Shown: positions 1-9,417, counted from the first letter of the stretch. The stretch: DNA of 64,000 nt from an uncultured Prevotella sp. (GCA_900319715.1 ONPM01000004.1:1739-65738), one strand, 5' to 3'. Made by a program: numbers and translations. Notes: a model not told the origin generated them from the letters alone.

Positions 1-928
1 AAGCAATCTTACCGTTGACGATCACCGGGTCGTAGAGGCGTCCGAAACCTCCGAGGAAGTAACAGCCACCAGCCACGATGAAGGCGAAGATGGTAGAGAT
101 GATGGTGCCACGCTTGATGGCGCTCTCGTCGGTGATGGAATAGAACTTACCCACCATCTGTGGCAGTCCCATCGTACCCAGCGACGTCAGCACCACCACA
201 CCTAACAGTCCCCAAGGGTCAGGACCGAACCACGAGGCGAAGCCGCCGTTGATCGAGGGGTCAGCGTCGGAAGGCAACAGTGACAGTTTGTCGACAGCCG
301 CCGTGAAGCCTCCCTGTGCGTTGAGCACCGCCACGATGATGGCCACGATACCGAACAGCATGATGATGCCCTGGATGAAGTCGTTCATCGCAGTGGCCTT
401 GTAGCCGCCGAGAATGACATAGACCGCCGTCAGGATGGCCATGATCACCACACAATACTCATAAGGAATGCCGAAGCCCATCTCAAAGAGGGTTGAGATG
501 CCTTTGTAGACACCAGCGGTATAGGGAATCAGGAACACGAAGGCAATGATGGAAGCAGCCACGCGCAGACCCTGATCGCTATAGCGGGTACCGAAGAAAT
601 CGGGCATCGTACGACTCTCGATATGCTGTGTCATCAACTTCGTACGGCGACCCAGCAACACCCAGGCCAGCCACGAACCGATCACGGCATTGCCTACGCC
701 GATCCATGTGGAAGACAAGCCATACTTCCAACCAAACTGTCCGGCATAGCCCACAAAGACCACTGCCGAGAAATAAGAGGTGCCAAAGGCAAAGGCCGTC
801 AGCCACGGACCAACGGCACGTCCGCCCAACACAAATCCGTCAACACTACTGGCCTGCTTGCGGGTATAGAGCCCCACACCAATCATCACGGCCAGAAAAA
901 CAATTGTCAGTAATACTTTTATGATCAT
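1..928 (-). CDS. Sodium:solute symporter (SSS) family protein, 5' part; runs off the window
   Basis: Translated by hand from the ATG at 928: MIIKVLLTIVFLAVMIGVGLYTRKQASSVDGFVLGGRAVGPWLTAFAFGTSYFSAVVFVGYAGQFGWKYG, a typical SSS N-terminus. Missing from the ORF track because its stop lies outside the window. Confidence 0.88.
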   Translation of the reverse strand, partial: MIIKVLLTIVFLAVMIGVGLYTRKQASSVDGFVLGGRAVGPWLTAFAFGTSYFSAVVFVGYAGQFGWKYGLSSTWIGVGNAVIGSWLAWVLLGRRTKLMTQHIESRTMPDFFGTRYSDQGLRVAASIIAFVFLIPYTAGVYKGISTLFEMGFGIPYEYCVVIMAILTAVYVILGGYKATAMNDFIQGIIMLFGIVAIIVAVLNAQGGFTAAVDKLSLLPSDADPSINGGFASWFGPDPWGLLGVVVLTSLGTMGLPQMVGKFYSITDESAIKRGTIISTIFAFIVAGGCYFLGGFGRLYDPVIVNGKIA

Positions 929-939
929 ATTTTTTTCTT

Positions 940-1047
940 GTTTACTGTTTACAGTTTACGGTTTACAGTTGATTACTTCTATAGGTGGAATCCTCAGAAC
1001 GGCTTGCCAGCATATCATCTGTAAACTGTAAACCGTCAACTGTAAAC
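940..1047. repeat. Palindromic element with tandem-heptamer arms: (GTTTACA)n-core-(TGTAAAC)n
   Basis: Four GTTTACN units at 940-967, GTTGATTAC, a ~37-bp core, ATCATC, then four TGTAAAC-like units at 1020-1047. Confidence 0.9.
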
Positions 1048-1054
1048 CAAAAAA

Positions 1055-2179
1055 CTAAAACGCCACCTGCATCTGGGCCTGGAGCCAGTTGTAGTCCTTC
1101 GAACTGATATTCTCGCCACAGAGGCAACGGGTGTACTGTAACTGCATACGGCACTTCTTATAGAACCAATACTGGACGCCAATGGTAAGATTCGTCTGAT
1201 CCCAGCCGTCCACTTTCGTGTTACGGTCGAAGGTCTCGCCGGAGGCCACAATGTCGAGGGCATCAAAAACGGGAATGCTGGTGGTGACATAGCCACCCAT
1301 GCTACCCACTTCGCCGTCCTTACCACCCAGCCACTCTGCACGGATGCTGGCAGGACGGGCTTCCTTGTATTTCGCAGGTGAGTAGGCCGCTGTCTTATAT
1401 TCGGCACCCACCGAGTAACGGTTTCGCTTGTAGTTGTCGCCCACCTTGATGTCTGGGTTCCAGGCTGCTGTATTCACGGCACAGCCGGTACCGAGATAGC
1501 CTGATGCCACGAGGCGGAGACCGTTCATCGGACGCACCTCGAGTTTGGCGATAAAGTCTTTCTGGTTGTTCAGATCCCTGCGGTTGATACCCTGACCACT
1601 CATCAGGGCGAGGTTATAGCGGATGGCGCCCTTGGCCAGTTCGCCGTAGAGTTCGAGTCCCATGTCTCGGCCATAGTTCACGCCGTTGAGGGGGTCGGGA
1701 CCTTCGCCAGCCAGATAGAGCACGGCCTGCGAATAGACGTCGATGAGTTCAAGTTGCGTCGGAGACAACGGGTTCTCCATCGAATAGGCGTGTTTGAACT
1801 GTCCGAGACGGACGGTCAGCGAGTTATCTTTGGTGAGGCGATAGTCGGTGTAAAACTCCTGTACGACACTGGAGAAGTCGTGCATAAACATAAACGACCA
1901 TCGGTCTGTGATGCGTGCTTTAGCCCATAGCAGTGTGCGTTTAAGGTTATAGGCGTTAGTGGGTTTGCCGTTCGAGTCCTGATAGGACCATCCTCCCTGG
2001 GCATAGCCGTTAAAGGTGATACGACTCGTGAAATCTTTCAACCAGTCTGGTTCAGACTTCTTCTGTTCCTGTTGCCCCATAGCGGCAACGCTACTGAACA
2101 CGGCGAGCATCACCGCCAGTGTTCTTAGCAGAGCGAAACGGCCGTGCCGAGTGCTCAAGTTGCAAGTTTTCTTTTTCAT
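1055..2179 (-). CDS. Outer-membrane porin (phosphate-selective OprO/OprP-like)
   Basis: 374 aa with a signal peptide, amphipathic strands, RLGQFK and GRDMG motifs, and C-terminal Phe (MQVAF). Confidence 0.75.
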   Translation of the reverse strand: MKKKTCNLSTRHGRFALLRTLAVMLAVFSSVAAMGQQEQKKSEPDWLKDFTSRITFNGYAQGGWSYQDSNGKPTNAYNLKRTLLWAKARITDRWSFMFMHDFSSVVQEFYTDYRLTKDNSLTVRLGQFKHAYSMENPLSPTQLELIDVYSQAVLYLAGEGPDPLNGVNYGRDMGLELYGELAKGAIRYNLALMSGQGINRRDLNNQKDFIAKLEVRPMNGLRLVASGYLGTGCAVNTAAWNPDIKVGDNYKRNRYSVGAEYKTAAYSPAKYKEARPASIRAEWLGGKDGEVGSMGGYVTTSIPVFDALDIVASGETFDRNTKVDGWDQTNLTIGVQYWFYKKCRMQLQYTRCLCGENISSKDYNWLQAQMQVAF

Positions 2180-2216
2180 TTTTTCATCTGGTTAAGAATT
2201 AAATAGTTCTTGCGGC

Positions 2217-2226
2217 TGCAAAAGTA
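2217..2226 (-). promoter_or_regulatory. Bacteroidota -7 promoter element (TACTTTTGCA) for the porin-symporter pair
   Basis: Matches TAnnTTTG about 40 bp upstream of the porin start. Confidence 0.55.
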
Positions 2227-2301
2227 CAACATTTAACACAAACAAACGAATAAAATGAAAGAAATTTGCGCAAAAAGATATCAGAAAGCAAGCAGAAAGT
2301 C

Positions 2302-3828
2302 CTATTTCACGACAGAGAGTCTCCCGTTGTGAATATAGAGTCCCTTGCGAGACGGCTTGGAGACACGCACGCCCTGGAGGGTGTACCAACCCCCGTTCTT
2401 CAGGTCACTTTCCTCGTTCCATTTCGCACTGACTATCGCCGACCAGCCGTCACCTCTGACGGGGATAGTGGTGTTCAGGTCATCTTCTCGGCACTCCCTC
2501 TCCGGATCACCATAATGGCTCCTGTCCTCCAACATGCTGTGTACCAACTCGGTCAACTCCTCAAACGTCACATTATACGCCTCAAGAAAGCCACTAATCT
2601 GTTTATCATCCTTCATCCGGGGCAAGTATTCCGCATACTTCGCCAGGTACTCCGCCTGACGAGGATCTTCAGGCTCATTGCCCACCACATACATCTTGAA
2701 CAACTCAGCAAACAGACTGGAGACATCCTGATTATGGGTGTAATTGTAGAAAAGTCTCTCCAAACCCTCTATCAGCCGAGTCTCTGCGAGGGCAGAAAAA
2801 TCATCCACGCCTGGCAGTTCGGAGATATAGCGGGTCTGTATACGCATCGTGGCCCCATCATCGTTCAACGTCAACAGACGATAGGGACTAGGATAAGCGG
2901 CACAAGAAGCGGTACAGATATCGAAGATCGTACGGGTCATATCGTTATTGGAATCCTTGGCAACATCTGAGGCATGAACATGACCAGAGAACACCACACT
3001 CACACCAGCATTGGCCAGACGACTGCGCACACTCTCGTAACTGTAGTAAGCATAACTGGCACCATCAACAGGCACCCCTAGTTTCACCGCATAGGTGGAA
3101 CTGAACTTATCGACATTTGTCACATGAGGGAACAGGGCGTGATGCATCATCACGAATGCCAATTTACCAGCCGCCGTAGCGTTTTCTGCCCGTTCTCGTA
3201 CCCAGTCGAAGGTGGCTTTGGAGATGACGCCGTTCAGGGGATCGCTGTCGTGACCAGTATCAATGCCAATCAGTACCAGGCCCTCGACAGGCTCACAACA
3301 CCAGGTGAGCGTTGTCGGCTCACGGTCCATATCCTCACCGTAGCCAAAGTCTTTATACAGTTCAGCAAACTGCCGGGTGTTAATGGTATCTGCCCCGTAG
3401 GCCTCTTCTCCATTAAAGATGAGGGCATTGGAGGTGCCCATATCATGATTGCCCGGGACGACCAGCGCCTTGATGCCGGCCGCTTTCAGTTCCTGAAGTT
3501 TCTGTACGACATATTGATGACTCACCCATTCTCCGTCCTTTGTCAAGTCACCTGAGATCAAGAAGAGATCCGGCTTCTCCCGCAACGCAGTGGCAATGAC
3601 TTCATCGTAGATAGCACGACTGTAGTCGTTGAGTTTGCGGTCGTAATAAGTGGCTTCATCCCATGCATCACCCTCTTTGATGAGCAGTCCCGGTCCCATC
3701 ACATGGGGATCAGAGATCAACATGATGCGGGTCTTAGCGGGAACGGCCTGCCAAGAGAGATGAACAGCCATCATCAAGAACAGAATCCTGTTCCACCACA
3801 CGCTTTTACTGATCATCATCTGCTTCAT
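2302..3828 (-). CDS. Secreted calcineurin-like metallophosphoesterase with T9SS C-terminal signal
   Basis: Motifs SDPH, GDLT, PGNHD, HH and SGHVH; signal peptide; C-terminus WYTLQGVRVSKPSRKGLYIHNGRLSVVK is a Prevotella-type T9SS CTD. Confidence 0.88.
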   Translation of the reverse strand: MKQMMISKSVWWNRILFLMMAVHLSWQAVPAKTRIMLISDPHVMGPGLLIKEGDAWDEATYYDRKLNDYSRAIYDEVIATALREKPDLFLISGDLTKDGEWVSHQYVVQKLQELKAAGIKALVVPGNHDMGTSNALIFNGEEAYGADTINTRQFAELYKDFGYGEDMDREPTTLTWCCEPVEGLVLIGIDTGHDSDPLNGVISKATFDWVRERAENATAAGKLAFVMMHHALFPHVTNVDKFSSTYAVKLGVPVDGASYAYYSYESVRSRLANAGVSVVFSGHVHASDVAKDSNNDMTRTIFDICTASCAAYPSPYRLLTLNDDGATMRIQTRYISELPGVDDFSALAETRLIEGLERLFYNYTHNQDVSSLFAELFKMYVVGNEPEDPRQAEYLAKYAEYLPRMKDDKQISGFLEAYNVTFEELTELVHSMLEDRSHYGDPERECREDDLNTTIPVRGDGWSAIVSAKWNEESDLKNGGWYTLQGVRVSKPSRKGLYIHNGRLSVVK

Positions 3829-3880
3829 GTTACCAACTCATCTTTTTACCTTATTATAATATACTACTCGTTATCTCGGG

Positions 3881-3973
3881 GGCAAAGGTACAAAAAAAAC
3901 AATAAAACCTTGCAAATAAATAAAAGAAAACACATTTTCTTTTTCCATTTCGCTCGTTTTTCGTAACTTTGCA
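3881..3973. promoter_or_regulatory. Divergent Bacteroidota promoters (phosphoesterase / topB)
   Basis: TACCTTTG on the - strand at 3883-3890 and TAACTTTG on the + strand at 3964-3971, within an AT-rich intergenic region. Confidence 0.55.
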
Positions 3974-4000
3974 CTCGCAATTTCAAAACGAACGAATCAA

Positions 4001-6124
4001 ATGATTGTCTGCATTGCAGAGAAACCCAGTGTGGCCCGGGATATAGCACGCATATTGGGGGCCAACAGTTCCCACGACGGGTATATGGAAGGTAACGGCT
4101 ATCAGGTGACCTGGACTTTCGGGCATCTGTGTACGCTGAAGGAGCCTGGCGACTACACTCAGGCCTGGAAGCCGTGGGCACTGACTCAACTGCCGATGGT
4201 GCCCCAGCGATTCGGCATCAAACTGATTCCTGACCGCGGTATCGAGAAACAGTTTGCCATCATCGAGAGACTGATGCAGGCGGCAGACGGAATTGTGAAC
4301 TGTGGTGACGCCGGACAGGAGGGAGAACTCATCCAGCGCTGGGTGATGCAGAAGGCACAGGCCAAGTGTCCCGTCAAGCGTCTCTGGATCTCATCCATGA
4401 CCGATGAGGCCATCCGTGAGGGCTTTGCCAACCTGAAAGACCAGGGTGACTACCAGCCACTCTATCTTGCCGGCCTCAGCCGTGCTATCGGCGACTGGCT
4501 CTTAGGCATGAATGCCACCCGTCTTTACACCCTGAAATATGGCCAGAACCGACAGGTGCTCTCCATCGGTCGTGTGCAGACCCCTACCCTCGCCCTCATC
4601 GTGAACCGTCAGAAGGAGATCGAGAACTTCAAGCCTGAGCCCTATTGGGTGCTGGCAACCGTCTATCGGGATACCACCTTCACCGCCACCAAGGGGAAGT
4701 TCACCTCGAAGGAAGAGGGCGAGAAGGCCTTCGCCACCATCGAGGGCAAGCCCTTCACGGTAACGAAGGTGGAGAAGAAGGAGGGCAAGGAACAGCCACC
4801 GCAACTCTATGACCTCACCTCGCTACAGGTAGACTGTAACCGCAAGTTCGGCTACTCGGCAGAGATGACACTGAACCTCATCCAGAGCCTCTACGAGAAG
4901 AAGTTCACCACCTATCCCCGTGTAGACACCCAGTATCTGAGCGACGACATCTATCCCAAGTGCCCACAGACGCTGAATGGCCTCTATCAGGTGAAGTTTG
5001 CCGGCGTGGCTCCCTACGCAGAGTTTATCAAGCCCATCGGCGGAAAGGCCCTGAAGAAGTCGAAACGCGTTTTCGACACCTCGAAGGTGACCGACCACCA
5101 CGCCATCATCCCCACGGGCGTCATTCCCCAGAACCTCAGCGACGCCGAGCGCAGAGTGTTCGACCTCGTCGCCAGACGTTTTATCGGTGTGTTCCTGCCG
5201 GACTGTAAGTTCGCCACGACCACGGTTATTGGAGAGGTGAGAGGTGAGGGGTCAGAGGTAGGAGAACACACAGAGGCAGACGACCCCATTGAGTTTAAAG
5301 TCACAGGCAAGGAAATTCTCGACCCCGGCTGGCGCGTCGTCAGAGACAATAAGCCGGAATCAGAGAAAGAGGACATATCAGACACATCTCTTACCTCTGA
5401 CCTCTCACCTCTCACCTCAGAAAAAGACGAGGAGCGCACGCTCCCCACCTTCGTCAAGGGTGAATCGGGCGACCACAAGCCCACCCTCACCGAGAAATGG
5501 ACCACACCCCCACCTTATTATAATGAGGCCTCCCTGCTCAGGGCAATGGAGACGGCCGGGAAGTTCGTGGAAGACGAGACCCTCCGTGCGGCGATGAAGG
5601 AGAACGGCATCGGCCGGCCGTCGTCAAGAGCCGGCATCATCGAGACCCTCTTCAAGCGCCACTATATCAAACGTGACCGCAAACGCCTCATCGCCACCCC
5701 GACAGGTATCGAACTCATCGACCTCATCCGTGAGGAACTGCTCAAGAGTTGCGAACTGACGGGTATCTGGGAGAAGAAACTACGCGACATTGAACATCAG
5801 AAATACGACGCCCAGCAGTTCATCGAAGAACTGAAGCAGCAGGTGGCCGAGATCGTACAGGAGGTGATGAGCGACACCAGCAACCGTCGCGTCACCGTAC
5901 TGACGGATGCTGAACTGAAGAAAGTGAAGTCGCCCAAGACCGAGCCGGCCCCAAACAAGGACGCCAAGCCCAAGGCGACGAGAAAGAAAAAGACCGAGAC
6001 ACCCAAGGAGGGGGATGTCTGTCCGCTCTGCGGACAAGGTCATATCATCAAGGGCAAGACCGCCTATGGCTGTTCCCGTTGGAAGGAAGGCTGTACCTAT
6101 CGGCTACCCTTCGACACGAAATGA
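4001..6124 (+). CDS. topB: DNA topoisomerase III (type IA)
   Basis: IAEKPSVA TOPRIM start, DAGQEGE, SIGRVQTPTL, TYPRVD with the catalytic Tyr, GIGRPSSRA, and a C-terminal Zn ribbon CPLC...GC...C. Confidence 0.95.
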   Translation: MIVCIAEKPSVARDIARILGANSSHDGYMEGNGYQVTWTFGHLCTLKEPGDYTQAWKPWALTQLPMVPQRFGIKLIPDRGIEKQFAIIERLMQAADGIVNCGDAGQEGELIQRWVMQKAQAKCPVKRLWISSMTDEAIREGFANLKDQGDYQPLYLAGLSRAIGDWLLGMNATRLYTLKYGQNRQVLSIGRVQTPTLALIVNRQKEIENFKPEPYWVLATVYRDTTFTATKGKFTSKEEGEKAFATIEGKPFTVTKVEKKEGKEQPPQLYDLTSLQVDCNRKFGYSAEMTLNLIQSLYEKKFTTYPRVDTQYLSDDIYPKCPQTLNGLYQVKFAGVAPYAEFIKPIGGKALKKSKRVFDTSKVTDHHAIIPTGVIPQNLSDAERRVFDLVARRFIGVFLPDCKFATTTVIGEVRGEGSEVGEHTEADDPIEFKVTGKEILDPGWRVVRDNKPESEKEDISDTSLTSDLSPLTSEKDEERTLPTFVKGESGDHKPTLTEKWTTPPPYYNEASLLRAMETAGKFVEDETLRAAMKENGIGRPSSRAGIIETLFKRHYIKRDRKRLIATPTGIELIDLIREELLKSCELTGIWEKKLRDIEHQKYDAQQFIEELKQQVAEIVQEVMSDTSNRRVTVLTDAELKKVKSPKTEPAPNKDAKPKATRKKKTETPKEGDVCPLCGQGHIIKGKTAYGCSRWKEGCTYRLPFDTK
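5234..5418. repeat. 32-bp inverted repeat built of GAGGTGA heptamers inside topB
   Basis: 5234-5265 and 5387-5418 are reverse complements with 2 mismatches; the spacer is 121 bp. Confidence 0.9.
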
Positions 6125-6129
6125 TGACA

Positions 6130-6156
6130 GAGGCAGGCAATAAAATGCCTGTCTTT
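6130..6156 (+). terminator. Hairpin after topB
   Basis: GAGGCAGGCA-ATAAAA-TGCCTGTCTT (G:U pairs allowed), followed by T-rich sequence. Confidence 0.45.
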
Positions 6157-6171
6157 GCGTTTTAATAAGGT

Positions 6172-8406
6172 ATGCGAAAATGTCACATCCTCATCCTGAG
6201 CGTCGTCGGTGCCCTGCTGTTGATCAGTTGCGGGGCTGATCAGGCCATGAAGAAAGGCGATAAGTTCTATGCCGTCGGCGAATACTTCGATGCTGCCACA
6301 CAGTATCGGAAGGCCTATACCCATACACCCAGCAAACAGAGAGTCCTGAAAGGCCAAAGGGCCATGAAGGTGGCAGACTGTTATCGTCGCATCCACTTCA
6401 CCACGAAGGCCATCTCGGCTTACCAGAATGCACTGCGCTATAAGCAGGATGACTCGCTGACACATCTCTACCTGGGACAGTTGCACATGAGGAATGGCAG
6501 TTACAAGGAGGCCGCCAAGCATTTCCAGATGGCCATTGACTCCCTGTCTATGGTATATCATAATTCTAAGGAATCTAGGAACACAGGAGATTCTGAGCAA
6601 CGCTCTGATAAAGAAAATGCTCAATTTCTAAATTCCATAGACAATTATATCTCCTTAGCAAAAACAGGACTAAAGGCCGCTCAGCAGGCACCAGACTGGA
6701 AGAAAGAAGGCTCTGACTATACCATCAAACGGATGGACCTCTTCAACTCCCGTCGTGCCGAATACTCTCCGATGCTCAGCGGAGACGAGGACGAGCAACT
6801 CTACTTCACCTCCACCCGTAATCAGGCTCAAGGCGACGAATATAGTGGCATCACTGGCGCCAAGAATGCCGACATCTTCCTCTCACAGAAAGACGACAAG
6901 GGCAAGTGGAGCAAGCCCCAGACCATCGACTCGGAACTGAACTCCACAATGGACGAGGGTGCCTGCTGCTTCTCCCCCGACGGCAAGAGCATGTACCTGA
7001 CCATCTGCAAGACCGACCCCAACTATCCGCGCTATGCCACCATCGCCGTGTCGAATCGTAGCGACGCCTCATGGAGCAAGCCCACGGAACTGACGCTCTC
7101 AAAAGATACCCTCTCCAGTTTCGCCCATCCCGCCGTCTCGCCCGACGGACAGTGGCTCTACTTCGTCAGCGACATGCCCGGTGGCTTGGGAGGATTCGAC
7201 ATCTGGCGCTGTCAAATCCATGGCAATGAGGTCGGCAGTCTGGAGAATCTCGGTGAACCTGTCAACACCCCCGGCGACGAGATGTTCCCCACCTTCCGAC
7301 CCAACGGCGACCTCTACTTCTCCTCCGACGGCCATCCCGGACTCGGCGGACTAGATATCTTCATAGCTCGGGGGTACGGGGGAACGAAGGAACGGGGGAA
7401 CGAGAATAGTTCTACCACTGAAAGTAATCTCGAACCACCGTACTCCCGCGCCCCCGCACCCCCGAAAATAGAGATCGAGCACCCCGGTTTTCCCCTGAAC
7501 TCCCAGGGCGACGATTTCGGAATGACCTTCGAGGGAAAGCGCAACCAAGGCTACTTCTGCTCAAACCGTGGGGATACCAGAGGCTACGATCATATCTACA
7601 GTTTCTTTAATCCGGAGATCGTACAGACCGTAAAGGGCTGGGTGTACGAACAGGATGGCTACGAACTGCCTGCCGCTCAGGTTTACATGGTTGGCAACGA
7701 CGGCACGAACCTGAAACTGAGTGTCCGTGGCGACGGATCCTTCACCCAGGAGATCAAGCCCAACGTAGACTACGTACTGCTGGCCACCTGCAAGGGATTC
7801 CTGAACCATCAGGAGCAACTGCGAGTGGACCCCGTGACGAAGTCTGAAGAGTACGTGTTGCAGTTCCCTCTCGCCAATATCTCCGCCCCCGTACTGATTG
7901 AGAACATCTTCTACGATTTCGACAAGGCGACGTTGCGCCCGGAGTCTACCACCGCCCTCGACGAACTGGTACGGTTGCTGAACGAGAACCCGAACATCAC
8001 CATCGAACTCTCCGCCCACACCGACTACAAAGGCTCTGACGAATACAACGAAGGTCTGTCCCAGCGTCGTGCAGAGAGCGTGGTGAACTACCTGATAGAA
8101 CACGGCATCCCCTCAGACCGTCTCACGCCGAGAGGCTACGGCGAAGGAAAGCCCAAGACCATCAAACGCAAGGTGGCAGAAAGATATCCGTTCCTCAAGG
8201 AAGGGGATGTGCTGACAGAAGAGTACATCAACAAACTCCCGGAGGAACAGCAGGAACAGTGCAACCAGTTAAACCGTCGCACAGAGTTTATAGTGTTGCG
8301 GACAACTTACGGGCTGTTTGATAAGGCAGGTAAACTAATACAAATCCCACAACCAAAAGAATCATCCAAGGAGTCAGATGAAGTTCCGTCGTCGGAACTG
8401 TGGTAA
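6172..8406 (+). CDS. TPR/PD40/OmpA_C lipoprotein, PorE-like T9SS-associated peptidoglycan-binding protein
   Basis: Lipobox LLISC, TPR helices, PD40 repeats (FSPDGK, VSPDGQWLYFVSD, LYFSSDGHPG), and an OmpA_C domain (IFYDFDKATLR, SAHTD, LSQRRA, NRRTEF). Confidence 0.85.
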   Translation: MRKCHILILSVVGALLLISCGADQAMKKGDKFYAVGEYFDAATQYRKAYTHTPSKQRVLKGQRAMKVADCYRRIHFTTKAISAYQNALRYKQDDSLTHLYLGQLHMRNGSYKEAAKHFQMAIDSLSMVYHNSKESRNTGDSEQRSDKENAQFLNSIDNYISLAKTGLKAAQQAPDWKKEGSDYTIKRMDLFNSRRAEYSPMLSGDEDEQLYFTSTRNQAQGDEYSGITGAKNADIFLSQKDDKGKWSKPQTIDSELNSTMDEGACCFSPDGKSMYLTICKTDPNYPRYATIAVSNRSDASWSKPTELTLSKDTLSSFAHPAVSPDGQWLYFVSDMPGGLGGFDIWRCQIHGNEVGSLENLGEPVNTPGDEMFPTFRPNGDLYFSSDGHPGLGGLDIFIARGYGGTKERGNENSSTTESNLEPPYSRAPAPPKIEIEHPGFPLNSQGDDFGMTFEGKRNQGYFCSNRGDTRGYDHIYSFFNPEIVQTVKGWVYEQDGYELPAAQVYMVGNDGTNLKLSVRGDGSFTQEIKPNVDYVLLATCKGFLNHQEQLRVDPVTKSEEYVLQFPLANISAPVLIENIFYDFDKATLRPESTTALDELVRLLNENPNITIELSAHTDYKGSDEYNEGLSQRRAESVVNYLIEHGIPSDRLTPRGYGEGKPKTIKRKVAERYPFLKEGDVLTEEYINKLPEEQQEQCNQLNRRTEFIVLRTTYGLFDKAGKLIQIPQPKESSKESDEVPSSELW
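7369..7464. repeat. Palindromic element with tandem 8-mer arms, in frame in the PorE-like gene
   Basis: Four CGGGGGTA/CGGGGGAA-like units, the core GAGAATAGT...AGTAATCTC, then four NNCCCCCG-like units. Confidence 0.8.
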
Positions 8407-8677
8407 TGAACACTTCCAGACTGGTAATCACGCTGGCATAGAGCATCTGCAGACTGGCTTTCAACATCTCCCAGCCGTTGAACACGAAGAACAGCACGAG
8501 CCCAATAGCCGTGCAGAACCAAGTCCACAACAACGACAGCCGATGAGGGGCTAGCGACCTCTGGTCTACGCGCTCCACCCGTTCCATCACCCGCTCCGTA
8601 AAGCCATTGTCTTCAATCTGCTGCTGGGACGCCTGCTTGAAGAACTCTTCTATCAAAAGATTGTCTTTATCTGTCAT
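8288..8677 (-). CDS. Small membrane protein downstream of the ECF sigma factor (DUF5056-like, possible anti-sigma)
   Basis: 129 aa; N-terminal LIEEFF...IEDNGFTERVM motif and two TM segments; overlaps the sigma stop codon. Confidence 0.7.
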   Translation of the reverse strand: MTDKDNLLIEEFFKQASQQQIEDNGFTERVMERVERVDQRSLAPHRLSLLWTWFCTAIGLVLFFVFNGWEMLKASLQMLYASVITSLEVFITTVPTTELHLTPWMILLVVGFVLVYLPYQTARKLSATL

Positions 8678-9278
8678 AACCGTTTTGTTTTAAATAGTTA
8701 GCCATTTTCTCTTTTCCTCGCCGCAGATGCGACTTCACCGTATTCTCCGCGATACCTGTGATCTTGGCTATCTGGTCGATGGGATAGCCGTCGATGAGTT
8801 GTAGCGTGATGCACGTCCGTTCGTCTGGCTTCAACAGGGCGAGGGCTTGATGGATATCCATCTTGAGAGAGGAAGGAGAAACGAGGAGCGAGGAAGGAGA
8901 ATAGTCCTGCTGCAGAGATGAATTCTGCCGGTATATCTGTGGTTGAGAGTAATCTCCTTCCTCTTTCCTCCTTCCTCCTTCCTCGAAAGAGACCGTCTCA
9001 ACCTTCCTCTTTCTCACCTCGTCGTAAAACACATTATAGGCGATTCGCATCAGCCAAGTGGAGAAACTCGCCATGCCACGGAACTTCGTGATGTTCACAT
9101 AGGCCTTGATGAAGGTCTCCTGAGCCAGGTCGTCGCTCAACTGTTCATCGCCCAGTGTCTGGTTGAGAAAGAACCGACGCACAGGCGACTGATATTTCCT
9201 GACAAGTTGGTCAAAGGCCTTCTTGTTCCGGAATACTGCCACCTGCGTCACCAGGGCTATGTCGTTGAACTCCACCAT
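8667..9278 (-). CDS. ECF RNA polymerase sigma-70 factor
   Basis: Region 2 (DDLAQETFIKAY, FSTWLMRIAYN) and region 4 (IAKITGIAENTVKSHLRRG). Confidence 0.93.
   Translation of the reverse strand: MVEFNDIALVTQVAVFRNKKAFDQLVRKYQSPVRRFFLNQTLGDEQLSDDLAQETFIKAYVNITKFRGMASFSTWLMRIAYNVFYDEVRKRKVETVSFEEGGRRKEEGDYSQPQIYRQNSSLQQDYSPSSLLVSPSSLKMDIHQALALLKPDERTCITLQLIDGYPIDQIAKITGIAENTVKSHLRRGKEKMANYLKQNGYDR
8865..8984. repeat. Palindromic element with GAAGGAG/CTCCTTC heptamer arms, in frame in the sigma factor linker
   Basis: Purine-rich arm, core GAGAATAGT...GAGTAATCTC, then (CTCCTTC)n. Confidence 0.82.
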
Positions 9279-9288
9279 ATTTCTTTTT

Positions 9289-9417
9289 GTTTATAGTTTA
9301 TTGTTTATAGTTTATAGATGATTACTTCGATAGGCAGTTCTATAAGCAGTTCTATGGGCGTGCACGGTATTCATCTATAAACTATAAACACTAAACTATA
9401 AACTGTAAACACTAAAC
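9289..9417. repeat. Palindromic element (GTTTATA)4-GATGATTAC-core-GTATTCATC-(TATAAAC)6
   Basis: Read directly from the sequence; the core is nearly identical to the inverted copy at 63173-63303. Confidence 0.92.
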
